In this document: positions 42,336-55,091 of the stretch, one piece after another
Layout: every line of letters starts with the position of its first letter
Position numbering within the stretch: position 1 is the first letter of the stretch
NCBI RefSeq assembly: GCF_009914755.1
Contig: NC_060935.1
Reading direction: 5' to 3' (one strand)
Source of the DNA: the human T2T-CHM13v2.0 reference genome, Homo sapiens
DNA: 64,000 nucleotides
Made by a program: the position numbers and the translations under genes
Notes under the pieces: generated by a model
Databases searched by the model: none
Told to the model about the DNA's origin: nothing
Seen by the model: only the letters and a program-made list of their open reading frames with translations

Positions 42336-42753
42336 TAATGTATATAAATGCCCATTTGAGATTAGAATCATAATTTTAATGTCAGCATAGTCTTTGTAAT
42401 TTTCCCACTTTTTTTATTTACTAGGATGTAGATACAAAGAAGACAAATAGTTGAATTCATCCAGCATTTGAGTTTCATCAGGCAAGGTAAACAAGTCCTG
42501 ATAGGCAAAGGATTTAAAAGGTTTATGCAAAGAAGTTGTTAGACGCAGAGCCAAGGAAAGAAAGGAGATAGTGAATAATGAAAAACTGCATTTGAGGTTG
42601 TTTTAAAGAATTAATGGAATGGAAGTAATAGAGTTAGTGAGCTGGAATGATATCAGGGGTGATGAGAGGTCAGATTATAGAACTGTGTAGTTATTACTGA
42701 TAATAAGTTTAGAAGGGAGAACATGGAAGCAGAAATACATTTTAAAAACAAGG

Positions 42754-42826
42754 CTCAGTATAATAACTGAGTACTTGTATAATAACTCAGTATAATAACT
42801 GAGTACTCAGTATAATAACTGAGTAC
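42754..42826. repeat. Tandem repeat of a 20-bp internally palindromic unit (ctcagtataataactgagta)
   Basis: Three full copies (42754-73, 42786-805, 42806-25) plus one 12-bp partial copy. Confidence 0.9.
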
Positions 42827-43409
42827 ATTGTACAGTTCTAAAAATAAGCCTTAAATTTAGAACAAAGACAGTGATCATCGTAAGCTGAAATGGAATGGAA
42901 ATATTCCATGAGAGAGGTGAGAATTGAGTGGAATATTGGAGACAGGTAAAGCATCAGCTAAAGAAGGATGCTGGAGAAGGCCTGGCGGACTTGGCAGCAC
43001 CATTTGCATAGAGTGCTTCAGCTTAGCGCTTAAGCCCATGTTGAGCTTCCACACTGTCCAATAAGGAGTTTAGGGTTTGATTTATGTAAAGTGGGAATCA
43101 CTGAAAACATTTTAGTAAGAAAGGGATGTTATTAAAATAATAGAGGAAGATTAACTGACATGAGGAATAGTATGAAAGATTAGTGGGACTGAAAGCGACC
43201 AGTTAAGATGCTGGTGGAATAACCCATTGTGATGAAGCATTTTTAAAAACATGCATGTATTAGATGTATAGAAATAAAAGATATGCCTTTTATTGACATC
43301 TTTGATTGGTGTGTCAGGCATAAAAAAAGCAGAGGGCTCTTAGGAATTTTTTCAGCGTATGATGAAAAGCATGTGATCTGCTGGTGACCCTGGAACAGTG
43401 AAAGTCCTT

Positions 43410-43703
43410 GGCCGGGCGCGGTGGCTCACGCCTGTCATCCCTGCATTTTGGGAGGCCGAGGTGCATGGATCACAAGGTCAGGAGTTCGAGACAAGCCCGG
43501 TCAAGATGGTGAAACCTCGTCTCTACTAAGAATACAAAAAAAGCCGAGCATGGTGAGGGGTGCCTGTAATCCCATCTACTTGGGAGGCTGAGGCAGAGAA
43601 CTGCTTGAACCTGGGAGGCGGAGGTTGCAGTGAGCCGAGATCGTGCCACTGCACTCCAGCCTGAGCGACACAGAGAGATTCTGTCTCAAAAAAAAAAAAA
43701 AAA
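43410..43703 (+). mobile_element. AluSg-type, full length
   Basis: ggatcacaaggtcaggagttcgag, caagatggtg, gaggcagagaa; TSD-like aaagtcctt / aaagcctt. Confidence 0.92.
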
Positions 43704-43724
43704 GCCTTAATGTGGCCATTTTCT

Positions 43725-43743
43725 GGGGCGCCTCCTGCTGGTT
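43725..43743 (-). promoter_or_regulatory. Candidate CTCF motif (weaker)
   Basis: The minus strand reads CCAGCAGGAGGCGCC, one deviation from CCASYAGRKGGCRS. Confidence 0.35.
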
Positions 43744-44019
43744 TCAGTATGTCTCATTGCTCATGATATTTTCTCCACAAAGTTCTTGAAGGCTGTTTAG
43801 AACATGGTTTGGAAGCTAGTTGAGCAAAAATGAAAAGATAACTGGGAGGGTCTATGGAAACTGAATAAAGGTGGTAGCTATGGCAGTAACTTTGCCCTCT
43901 TCAACCAAGTGTTGTTTGTCTCCACAATTGCTTTTCTAATATGGGTATTATCCCCAAAATACTTAATGGTGGGCATTGTCTCCAAAATACTTGTTTTTAA
44001 AGATGCAAGGTGCTGTAGT

Positions 44020-44888
44020 TGTATTGAACCTGTGAGAATCAAATCAGCCTGCTGGTGCTAACTCTGATGGAGGGCGGTGAGGGGACAGAGGTCATAATAA
44101 CACAGTCGCCAATTAAGTGCTTACAAATTCTGGTTTATTATGAGGCTTTCACACACCAACAATCATGCAAATATGTTTAACACACAAGCAGTGATAAAAA
44201 GGAGCGAGTAGCTCCAGAGACCAGCCTACTGACTTATGAACTGGCAGGTCCAGTTTTCCTAAGAGAGCCAGTTCACCCAGGAGAAGGGCCTCACTGCTTT
44301 TTTTCCCCAGCAGAGCTCTGGCACCTGCAGCTGAAGGAAGGAGGCCCCAGAGTTCTCACCAGCAGAAATGCTATAGGCTTCTTACTGTGGTCAGCTTCTT
44401 TGTGGTGTTTGGAGTCTTCCAAAGAAGTATACATGGCCACTATCTTCAGCTGCCTTTTAGGAGAGAATTTTATGAGTACATAGTAGATGTATACATTTAT
44501 GGGGTACGTGAGAAATTTTGATATGGGCATACACTGCGTAATAATCACATCAGAGTCAATGGAGTATCCATCACCTTAAACATTTATCCTTCCATTGTGT
44601 TATAAACAATCCAATTATATTCTTACTGTAACATGTGCAATAAATTATTGTTGACTGTAGTCACCCTGTTGGGCTGTCAAATACTAGATCTTATTCATTC
44701 TATCTAACTGTATTTTGTAAGCATTAGCAATCCTATCACTTCACTTTCTTGTCAGGCCTCAGAGGTACCTGGCCATGTTAGGTGTCATCGTATCATCTCA
44801 GGCCACCATAAGTGTTTTTATCACTCAGAGGGGTCAGCAATTTCACTGAAGCTGAGTCATTTGTCATAAGTGACTCCATTTTGAGACA
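44020..44888 (-). mobile_element. Probable ERV-class solo LTR (family unresolved), interrupted by an L1MA fragment
   Basis: TG...CA termini (tgtattgaacc ... ccattttgagaca); AATAAA on the - strand (tttatt ~44135); higher GC than flanks; AP-1 site tgagtca ~44853; no clear TSD. Confidence 0.45.
44470..44733 (-). mobile_element. L1MA3/4-like 3' end
   Basis: gtacatagtagatgtatacatttatggggtac...tgactgtagtcaccctgttg...aaatactagatcttattcattctatctaactgtattttgta. Confidence 0.85.
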
Positions 44889-45160
44889 TTCAGGATTACA
44901 AAACATTATTATATGTCATACTGATTTTACAACTCACATTACTAGATTCTTAATTTGCCTCAAAAACAGACTTCTAAAAGGCATTGATTTTGTTTTCCAT
45001 ACGTAGTCGTTTTTGATGATCCCCAGCCAAAGAGGGTGTGTCCCTATTTACATTGTTGATTATTACACTGATTTTTTTTTTTTTTTTGCCTGCTTCCTAC
45101 TGGAAGGGAATAATCCCTAATTCCTACATCCAGTTGCTGGGTCCGGGGAAAAGCTACCTA

Positions 45161-45424
<264 letters not shown>

Positions 45425-46004
45425 TTAAGAAGTCAACATCTTAGGTTCATTTATTTTTTTCTACATGTATTATTCGTACCTACTATGTACTAGGCATTGT
45501 TGTAAGATCCTGTCCTTATGGAGCTTACCTTTTAGAAGAGATTACGTTCTAAGGTGTGTTAGTTAAACAAATTATCTCCTGAAAAACAATCCCAATGAAG
45601 GATTTTTATCAGAATTCACCTTCCTGTAAAACATAAAGTAAATTATGTCCCAGTTCCTCCAGTTGTCTTGAGTTTAACTCCTCTACTTTGATATTTTCTT
45701 ACATATTTTCTCAATAGTAAAACTTGAGGTACAAAATTTTAAAAAGTAGAAGGTATATGTTTATTTTGTACAGCAACACATAGACTATTTCACCAATTTT
45801 GGTTAAAATTTCCTATGAATGCTGTGGACCATAAGAAGATTGAACAATGAAGATTGAATTTATTGACTCACAAAAATTGTTTGATACCTACTATGTGTTA
45901 GAATTGATACTGAATAAAAACAATTAAATATTATTTTAGTAGAATAAGCCAAATTTCTGGATAAACGGGAAGCCTACTGAAATAGCTTCTTCCTTCCTCT
46001 CATC

Positions 46005-46340
46005 TTTACTGAGGTATAATTGACAAACAGACGTTATATACGTTTAAGTTGTACAACTTGATGTATTGATATATACCTTGTGTATCACCAGAAACTAACA
46101 TATTCATCACCTCATACGGTTACCATCGTTTGTGTGTGTAGAGAACATAAAATCCACCTGCTGAGTGGATTTCAGGTATACAATACGGTATTGTTAACTA
46201 CAGTCACGTTGCTGTACTTTAGATTTCCAGATCTTGCAAAACTGAAACTTTGTACACCTTGACCACCGTCTCCTCATTCATCCTCCCCCAGCCCCTGACA
46301 ACCACCGTTCTGCTCTGCTTCTACGAACTGAATAGCTCCT
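46005..46340 (-). mobile_element. L1MA9/L1MB-like 3' end
   Basis: tttactgaggtataattgacaaac...gtatacaatacggtattgttaactacagtcac...ccccagcccctgacaaccaccgttctgctctgcttcta. Confidence 0.85.
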
Positions 46341-46344
46341 CTTG

Positions 46345-46420
46345 ATTTCTTTTTCTTTCTCTTTTTTTTTCTCTCTTTCTTTTTCTTTCTCTTTCTCTGT
46401 CCCTCTCTCTCTTTCTTTTT
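46345..46420. repeat. Polypyrimidine (TTTC/CT)n low-complexity tract
   Basis: tttcttttctttctcttttttttctctctttct... Confidence 0.9.
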
Positions 46421-46429
46421 CATATTTAA

Positions 46430-46875
46430 GTGCTGAAATTACGAGATTGGTAGATTTAAGATTTCTTTTGAGCGTGGGACAAAACACAGACACTTGAATA
46501 GATGGAAAGCAGAACTCTATTACTTGCAGCTTTCAACAAAGTTGCAGGGCTAGACAGAGGTTGCACCTATGAACAGTGTAACAGCAAGCTTATCTGTGGT
46601 AAGCAGGGTGGGGTTAGCTAGGTTTCTCAGACTTACTGTGGATTGGCTAATTTGAATAATTTTGACAGGATCTGGAGCCTAGGAGCTGTTCCTTTTAGTG
46701 TGGAACCTAGGCCTGGGGCAATGAGGGCTGGTGTAGAGGAGCCCAGAATGTAAGGGTTTGATGAAGAAGGGGTTGGAGTGTGAACTTCATCAGCTGCCCA
46801 AGAAGGGGAACAGATTGGCCTCCAGTCAAGGCCTCAAAATGGGGTCAAAACAGCATTTTTAAACAGCTGTGTTAG
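46430..46875 (-). mobile_element. ERVL-type LTR (MER54/MER73/MER74/LTR53-like group)
   Basis: ggattggctaatttgaataattttgacaggatctggagcctaggagctgttcc...ggcctggggcaatgagggc resembles this LTR group (from memory). Confidence 0.5.
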
Positions 46876-47469
46876 ACGATTGTATCTAATGTGTTTAATC
46901 TATCTCTGTAACATATAGTTTTCTTACATCCAAGATCTAGCAGGGGTAAATGTATTACTTGTTTCAAGCTCAGGAAACAATACCAGTTAACCATGTATGT
47001 GAGATCATAATTATCGAAGTGTGAAATTAATAGTAGAAGGATACATTGACGGTGATATTTATACCAAAAATTTTAAATATACTGCAGTAGGCCTATCTAT
47101 ATGTATCTATATCTATAAAATAGAGACAATACCTACTCAAAGTAATTATGTATTAAATAAGATACAGTCTTATTTATATATAAAATATAGCCTTGTATAC
47201 AGTTCTTTCTATCACCTTTCACAATAAACAGATGGATCAGCTGTGGGGAATTACAAAGTTTGTGATCACTTACACCAAAATACATAAGAAAATCATAAAA
47301 GCCTGGGAAATTAAGGAATTAAACAGCAGTGTTCCCAAGCACAGTGAACTTAGCAAGTCTCATATTTTGACTAATAATGCCTTCTGTCGTCAAGTTTCAG
47401 AATAGTCTCCACGTTTTGCCCTCTTTTTTTACTTTTGTCAAAGGGAAAAAACTCTTTAACCACCCTGTA

Positions 47470-47524
47470 ACACACATGCACACACACACAAACACACACA
47501 CACACACACGCACACGCACACACA
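47470..47524. repeat. (CA)n microsatellite, interrupted
   Basis: acacacatgcacacacacacaaacacacacacacacacacgcacacgcacacaca. Confidence 0.95.
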
Positions 47525-47929
47525 GTCTTTCAATAAACCTTTCAAAGTCCAACTCAAGTTGTGCTCTTACCATGAATTTCTTTACCACCTTCTCAATCAA
47601 CTTACTCTAAATAACTTATCATATTATTCGTATTTATTGTTCTCCTGAAGCTCCTGTAATTATCTTCCAGTTTAAACGTTCTTATAGTCCAAGGTGGAAT
47701 ACAAGTGTTACATTACTGTTGATAAAAAATATATAACCATGAAGCAATACAACATCTTCTTTCTGACCAGTGAATTAAGAAGATTAGAACTACATTCCAG
47801 GTAGTTTGAAAAAGTGGATAGATATCTAGACTCAGAATCAGAATTTATTTCTTGGTGTCTGCTTTTTCAATTTCTTTATTTCTGGTCTCTGTTTTGCAGT
47901 TTATTAGTTCTGAAACATAGGGAAAGCAC

Positions 47930-48085
47930 TGAAAAAATAATCCAAGCATATGGGTTCTAATCTTTGGATTCTTTCCAAATAACTGTAATTTGAATATATA
48001 TTTTCTATGAGGCATAATTTATTCTATTTAAAATTGGTGTAATTCCAAACTTCCCATTTCACACAAGAGTTATGAAGATAAATTA
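47930..48085 (+). mobile_element. MIR fragment
   Basis: atgggttctaatctttgg...aactgtaatttgaa...agagttatgaagataaatta. Confidence 0.5.
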
Positions 48086-48164
48086 ATCCTTGAATTCAAA
48101 AACTATTTCCTGAGTCCCTAATGTAGATTTGTTACTCGACTAAGCCTTCAGGATAGAACGAGTA

Positions 48165-48315
48165 CAGTGTTTTACCAATCAGAAGATGCATCTTTTTCAC
48201 TTTTTAACGTCACTAAAATAAAATATCATACCATCGGTGATGTCCAGTGATTACCATGAACTATATTTTCATAGCATAAAATCTTTGAAATTGTGATGCA
48301 TCCTTAGTAAAATAT
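48165..48315 (+). mobile_element. MER104-like Tc2/mariner-group MITE
   Basis: cagtgttttaccaatcagaagatgcatctttttcactttttaacgtcactaaaat...catcggtgatgtc resembles MER104; preceded by TA. Confidence 0.5.
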
Positions 48316-48442
48316 ATTTATACTCCTTCAAGTTTAGTTGAGGAAACAAAGTTCATAGAACTAAACAGAAAACGTCTATGCAGTATCGTTAGAGAAATAC
48401 TATGAGATCACAGAAAAGGAGGCACACAAATTAGTTTAGATG

Positions 48443-48803
48443 GTCTTAAGGACTGAATTATGCCTCCCGACTTCAAATCATACGTTGACATCTTAACCCC
48501 AAGTACCTCAGAATGTGACTGAGTTTGGAGATAGAGCCTTTAAAGTGACGATTAAGATGAGGTCATTAGGATGGGCCCTAATCCAGTCTGACTGGTATCT
48601 TATAAGAGAGGGAAGTTTGGATACTCAGACACAGTGAGGAGGTGGCCACCCACAAGCTAAGCAGAGAGGTTTCAGAAGAAACCAAACCTGTCAACATCTT
48701 GATCTTAAATTTCTAGTCTCCAGAACGATGAGAAAATAAACTTTTATTGTTTAAGCCACCCAGTCTGTGGTATTTGGCTATAGTAGCTCTAGGAAATTGA
48801 AAT
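48443..48803 (+). mobile_element. MLT1B (MaLR) solo LTR
   Basis: agtacctcagaatgtgactgagtttggagatagagcctttaaag...gggccctaatccagtctgactgg...aataaacttttattgtttaagccacccagtctgtggtattt; 5-bp TSD-like gatgg / ggtgg. Confidence 0.88.
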
Positions 48804-48961
48804 AGGTGGTCCAAGAGAGCTTTTAGACAAATTGATGTCCAGTTCATTTCAGGATAAGTTGGAATTTACCAGCTGAAGAAATAATAGAAGGAAAGTGCTG
48901 AAAGCAGAAAAAATAACCCAGAAAAGGCAGGCTATAAAAATGATACATTCATAAGACAGTA

Positions 48962-48963
<2 letters not shown>

Positions 48964-49001
<38 letters not shown>
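48964..49001. repeat. Perfect (GT)~19 microsatellite
   Basis: Uninterrupted gt run. Confidence 0.97.
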
Positions 49002-49004
<3 letters not shown>

Positions 49005-50009
49005 ACCTGGAGTGTAGAAAGTGAGCTTACTAAAGGAAGAAATGTTGAGTGAGAAATGAAGCTGAAGAGGTATTCAAATGCCACAGGACCTGGGGCTTGA
49101 AATTCAGGCAAAGGAACTCGTACTCTATCCCATAGGCAGTAGAGGGGGTTTTAGGCATGTAGAAGGAATGTAAATAATAAGGTGGCTTTTTAAAAAATGT
49201 ACGTCAAAAGTTTTTTTCTATTGTCATGAAGCAAAATATTAGAATCACCTCTAGCTTACGCTTGTTATACTTATGAGAATAAATTGTATGTGTATGTGTA
49301 TGTATTTGTGGATAAGGGACCAGATACCTTACAAGGCCCAGATGTAATAAATATAGACAATAGATTAAGAGTTCAAACATCTGAGTCTTCTGGGGCCTAG
49401 TACCCTTCTGTCTTTTATTTTGACCACCTTGTTCTGTGTTGCTCACTTTGATTTAGACTTTGCTGTCTTTATAGCTGTTCTCCAAACATTCCTCTTACTG
49501 CACTTACCACATAGAGCATAATTGTTATTCCCTTATGAACTTTAAAAGTTTATTTATAATAATATAAATTTGGAAACTAAAATAACCTAAAGCTCAAGTT
49601 GCCCATCTTAAAATATGGGTAGTTCCTTTATCAAGATGGTTCATATGAGGAAGTGGTGAAAATGATAGGGTTGACACTCAATTATTAAATATATAAAATC
49701 TAGCTTTTACTTTAAAGAAGTACATAGTAGGGAAAGTGTGAAATTTAACTTCAAGACAGATTGTATTTTTTCGGAATCTTTTATACCTCCGATTTGCCTT
49801 TACGTTATCTGAAACAAAGATCAGGCTTAAAAAACATAAATATTAAAATATTCATCCATTTTGAAGGAATAAGTAAATAAAACACATCTCTCTGAAAAAT
49901 TCTGGGATTCCATTTGACCTGAACATGTATCTTATTACTAGAGAAGATGGAAAGGTGGAGGGGCTTGGAGATGGGAGAAAAAACTAAAGTGCTATGAATG
50001 ATTATACAA

Positions 50010-50028
50010 CAGTGCCCCCTGATGGGAA
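50010..50028 (-). promoter_or_regulatory. Candidate CTCF binding site
   Basis: The minus strand reads TTCCCATCAGGGGGCACTG, close to the core CCASYAGRKGGCRS; it lies in non-repeat, AT-rich sequence. Confidence 0.55.
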
Positions 50029-52504
50029 GAATGGGGTCTGAAATTCAGATGAGATTTCTTACCAAGTCAATTACATGACTTATTCTTCGTTTTTGCTTCC
50101 ATTTAAAGAGATTTTTGTAGCGATGCATCAGTTTTACTATAGAATCTGACATACAGTATGTACTGAAAATATATGAGTAAATCGAACTGAAGCATTAAGT
50201 CTAGGCAAGGAGCTTTTAAAAACTTTAGCTGGCACAAGGGACTAGGTGTGTTAAATATGACCATAACCTTGAGTTGTCTGTAGGGTAAAATACATTGATC
50301 TTTATATGTTAAGCTTTTGGCAAGTGCTATTTCCCCTACTAATTTACCCACACTTGGTGATAAATCTATCTTCGATCTCAAAACATTATCAAATACTATA
50401 ATATTATTTCAAAATTTTAACAGTATAATTAGTTCAGATTTAAATAATCTTGAGGAAGAATGATTTCAATTTTAAAGCAAAAGTGTTTTTCAAATAACCA
50501 AAAGAAAATAGTTTTGCTTTATTTTTTGTTATTAACTAGGCATATTAATGTGGTCAATAAGAACTGTAGCTTTTCCTTCTCTAAAGGGGTGTAGGAATGG
50601 AAAGCAATGAGTACTGAAAAGGTAAGAAAAATTTGTACAATCTAGGGTTTGAATTCAAACCCCAGAGTAGTTACATGGAACAAATTTACTCATCTTAATA
50701 ATTGTCATGGGTGCATGGTAAATAAAAGGAGAACTTGTTTGTTAAGAATGAGGCATTATCATAGTATTGGTAATGCATTCTATAAATAAGATTTATGTTT
50801 TGAGAAACTCAAGTAAGAAAGCAGGAATGGAATTATCCGTTTTTGAAGTGAAAGAGAAGAAATGTGGAGAGACTGTGTGTGTTAGGTCTGCATCTGGCTC
50901 CTAGGGAGATTTGAATGAATTAGAAGGAGGCTTCCTTTCCTCTTGATGTTTGTAGTCCTGACTTGGTAAGTAGACACAGGCTGGATTGCAGGCCCTAGCC
51001 ACACCCTCAGCAGGCATCAGGTATAATTATCAACCTGCACCATCAGAGGTTGCAGCAACTCATTCAGTGATACATATTTGCTGGATATGCATGAAACACT
51101 CTAGTGAATTTGAACATTTTTAACTGAAGAAATATGGATATCTAGCATTCATTATAGATAATCTCCCTTGACACCCTTCTAAAAAATTCATGAACCCGTA
51201 GGAAGTAGCATCTCACTGCCTTACTGAACATGGTAAGTATGCTGTTAAATCCAACTATCTGCTTATGTTTTCTGCTCAGCTTAAATGCTCTTTATTTTAT
51301 ATTACTACTATTTATTTTTGCCAATTCAAACTTTACCTATTTTATTGTTTGCATCTTGAATCCCACATTTTCTAGAAACACTTTAGCTCAGAATATTATC
51401 TTTGTCTTTGGAATTCTGATTTCAAAGTAATGTGTTGTCTGGAACATTTATGTTTTCTTACTATCTAAGTCTGAATCAGCAAGGCAGGTATTCAGTGAGA
51501 TAAAAGAATAATAATATCATATAACATTGTTTAAATTATTGGGATTCTAATTAGAACGACTAACAGTTTGCACCAATCAAAACTTACATAAACCATTAAT
51601 TTCAATATTTTGGAATTTAACATTGAATGGTAATGTTTCTTTAAGTAGCTACGGAACTATATTTGTCCAATTCAGTTGCACCTTTTTATTCTTTTTGTAT
51701 TTCCAAATTCTGAGATTCAGTATGTTACTAACACCTCCTGTCTCATAATCTATTTAGTGTGCCTTAAGGTAAGATAGGCTGCTTAAGGATGCTTTGAATT
51801 TACAGGAAAGGGATATCTCTGTGGTACCAGAATTTATTTGAGAAAAAACAACTTCAAATGTAGTTTTCAAACTGTGCAGACTGTCACCTTACTGACATCA
51901 GTAAGCAAATGTTCTTAAACTTGTATCAAGTATCTGAATAGTCACTTACTTAACTGTTCAATGAAGTTAACCACTAGGAGACAAGTTTGCCCTAAGCTTA
52001 ACCCAGACAGGAGATTTCACCTTCTAGAGTTAATTTACAGCTTAAGAACAAGCCCTTCAAAATCTTTCTACTAATTGTTTTACTCAATTTAGAAAGTTCA
52101 TTTAAATGAGAATTCTTTTTTATCTACCTTAAGGCAGGTTAAGTATTTTTTTCCATTACATTTACATATCATGTCTTGCCGCTATGTTTGGTGTTATACA
52201 TTATTATATAGACATGTGAACAGTTTTGCATAAATATGCCCAGTAAGGTTGTAAGTACTAATTTCCCCCTGATTTCCTCCATTAAGGGTGCAACATTTTA
52301 CTAACAAGAAGAAAAGTATCTTAATTTCATGATTCACAAGTGAGGAAAATCAGATTTTTCAACACTGAAAATTAGAATCTATAAAAGAGAAATAGGGGAA
52401 ATGTAACTACTAAATGTTATGTGCAAGCAACAACATAAAGATTAGTCCATGTAATTATAACACAACCAATGGAATTCAGCAAGTACTTTACTACTTAAAG
52501 TAGG

Positions 52505-52690
52505 AGGAAGTGTAAAGACGGATGGACAGTCCAAGTCCCAGCTCAGTCTCTTGTGAATGTGGATAAGTCAGTTTAAATTCTAAGTTCACTGATTCTGTGT
52601 TCTCTCCTGCAAAAAGTCAGAATGGCAATGCTTATCATGTAGAAAGATTGGCATTTAAACAATTGTTTTGTAAATTCTAGAGTATATTCT
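52505..52690 (+). mobile_element. MIR/MIR3 fragment
   Basis: tccaagtcccagctcagtctcttgtgaatgtggataagtcagtttaa...ctgtgttctctcctgcaaaaag. Confidence 0.55.
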
Positions 52691-53779
52691 AAATATGAGT
52701 TACATCAGATTGTACTTACTTAACACGTAAGATTTTCTAATAAGACTGGAATGGAAAGAAGGAAACCTTGGTTCAGTAACCAATCATTTGTGCTCCTTTG
52801 TCAAATCAATTAATATTTTTGAATGACAGCTTTAAGTGGGATTGTGTGAGCTTTAAATAGAGTTGTGGTAAGAAGGAGGAAAAAACAATCTCTTGGGCTT
52901 TTTCTAGCTCTAAAACACTTTAATTCTGTCATTTATAGCTTTGTTTTTAAAAGCAAGTCAGATGGTTTAATATTTATAGATTCATACACTATATTCAAGA
53001 AAGTATTAGAGACTTGTGCAAGATTCCATGACAAGTCAGCAGCTGTGTTGAGATAAGAAATTTACGCTGGATCCTAAAATCTGTCATCCTGCCTAGCGTT
53101 CCTTCTACTGAAACTCTCTGCCTTGATAGTAATACTTCTAGTTACTATAATCTAATTGAATCTCTTCATGTAGATCATTCTAGAAAATATTGATATGTTG
53201 GGCATACTTCCAGTCAATGTTTTAGAGCCTGTGCTAATGCATCAGAATAATTAGAAACACAAGGCAAAGCTTCTGCCTTCAGAAAGCTCACAGTCTCACA
53301 GAGGACTTTACCTACTGACGTGTTTATCTTAGCTTGTGTGGCTAAACTCAGCAACATGCAACATGCTTTGAATAGTTAAAATTGGACAGCTACTCTCAAC
53401 ATTAGCCATGAAGCACTTCAAATGAAGGGATAAGAAAAATTCATTGCTTTGCTCATTTAACAGTATGATAAGGAAGGAGGAGGAGAGAGATATATCATGT
53501 TGAAAGAACAATGAAGAATCTCAATTATATCAGGAATTTGTACATTAGATGTGTCGTTTTAAAATCCTATGCCTGATTATGCATACACAAATAACAAGTA
53601 TAAATCATCCTCTTCATACACATTTTTTGTTTAATCTTTAATACAAACCCATGGGAAAGATTTATCCTACTATCACAAATGATGAATCTAATGTTCAGAT
53701 ATTAGGAAGCATAATTTTGCTATTTGTCTTCCTCATTAAATTGTGAATTCCTGGGAGGAAGTGTGTAATAGTAGAACCA

Positions 53780-53935
53780 ACTTACTTATGCTGAATTCAC
53801 TGTCCCATAAAAACTGTGTGTCGCCTGAACAAGTTATTAACCCTCCTGAATCTCAGTTTCTTTACCTATAAATTGCAATTACATGAAGTACATATAAAGT
53901 CGTTAAGGGCCTGATATGTATTAGCTAAGTAATGA
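53780..53935 (+). mobile_element. MIR
   Basis: aactgtgtgtcgcctgaacaagttattaaccctcctgaatctcagtttctttacctataaattg. Confidence 0.75.
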
Positions 53936-54770
53936 GTGTTTCTTACACCATCATACATAGCAGAGTCCATGAATAGACTCTCTGTAACTGTGGAGGAGGG
54001 ATGTCATCCAGTCATACTTTACAGGGAGACTTCTAATACAGGTGGCCTCTTAGTACGTGTAAAAAGTCAAACCTATTTAGAAGCCCATTGTAAAATCATA
54101 AATGTAAATAACTCCCTAATGATAAAGGCAAGTCATTTCAATAGCTCAGTGAAATCTTAAGAGATTCTTGACTAAATATAGTTAAGTATTAAGGTCGTCC
54201 ACTTCCACAGATTTTCTCTAATAATTTAATTCTTCTCATCTTATTACTTAAACCCATATAACATAGTTATTCAGAAGCAGTAAATGTTGAATAGAACTTA
54301 AACTAAAGCACAAAAATGAGAAATGTTTTTTACCCTGACTTTTGTACCCCCATCAAAACCAGTATGCAATGTGAAAAATTTCAACCCTTAAAAAGAAAAA
54401 TTTACATGTTGCCATATTGGAAATGGGGGAGGGGGAAGACATATACTTCCAAAGAAGGACCTCTGAGTTGATTAAGGCCATATCACCAGAATAGTGCTTC
54501 CAGACCAGAGCATTCAGGTTCATTTAATTTCTCTTTGTAAACAAAGCAACCAATTTTCAGTTCTATTGCAAATATCTAACTGTCCTCTTTTTCACAGAGG
54601 AGAGACAAGTATTAACTGCTCTTCAAAAGAAAGTTACTCTGATTTACAGAGATTGTAAACCTCTGGCCCCCACAAACAAACAAACAAACAAACAGAAAGA
54701 AAACACAGAGCAACAAGTCTCTTAAGGACGTAAGACACCTAGGAGATAGTGTTCCCACTAAACAATGTTG

Positions 54771-54893
54771 GGACTGGGCCCTGTGGCTCATGCCTGTAAT
54801 CTCAGCACTTTGGAGGGAGAGGCAACTGGATCACTTGAGCCCAGGAGTTAGCGACCGATTGGGCAACATAGCAAAACCCCGTCTCTACAAAAA

Positions 54894-54927
<34 letters not shown>

Positions 54928-55091
54928 GGGTGTAGTGGTAGCTGCCTGCAGTTCCAGCTACTCAGGGGACTGTGATGGGAGGATTGGTTGAGCCCAGGAG
55001 GTCTAGACTGCAGTGAGCAGTGATTGTGCCACTGCACTACAGCCTGGGCAACAGGGTAAGACCCTGTCTCAGAAAAAAAAAAAAAAAAAAA
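54771..55091 (+). mobile_element. AluJ (Jo-like) with an expanded central A tract
   Basis: gatcacttgagcccaggag, gggcaacatagcaaaacccc, ttgagcccaggaggtctagactgcagtgag; TSD-like aatgttgg / aagttgg. Confidence 0.92.

Larger units (their letters stand above)
48090..49200 (-). mobile_element. L2 remnant hosting MER104-like, MLT1B and (TG)n insertions
   Basis: ttcaaaaactatttcctgagtccctaatgtag..., resuming after the LTR (gataagttggaatttaccagctgaag; caggcaaaggaactcgtactctatcccataggcagtagag). Confidence 0.6.

Noticed and set aside
42754-42826. Palindromic direct repeats resembling a CRISPR array
   Set aside because: No unique spacers, no cas genes, and a primate genomic context; it is a minisatellite.
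51035-51056. ccatcagaggttgcag as a third CTCF site
   Set aside because: Lacks the GGC core positions; weak match.
53348-53368. p53-like caacatgcaacatgctt
   Set aside because: Half-sites overlap and mismatch RRRCWWGYYY; better explained as a 7-bp tandem duplication.
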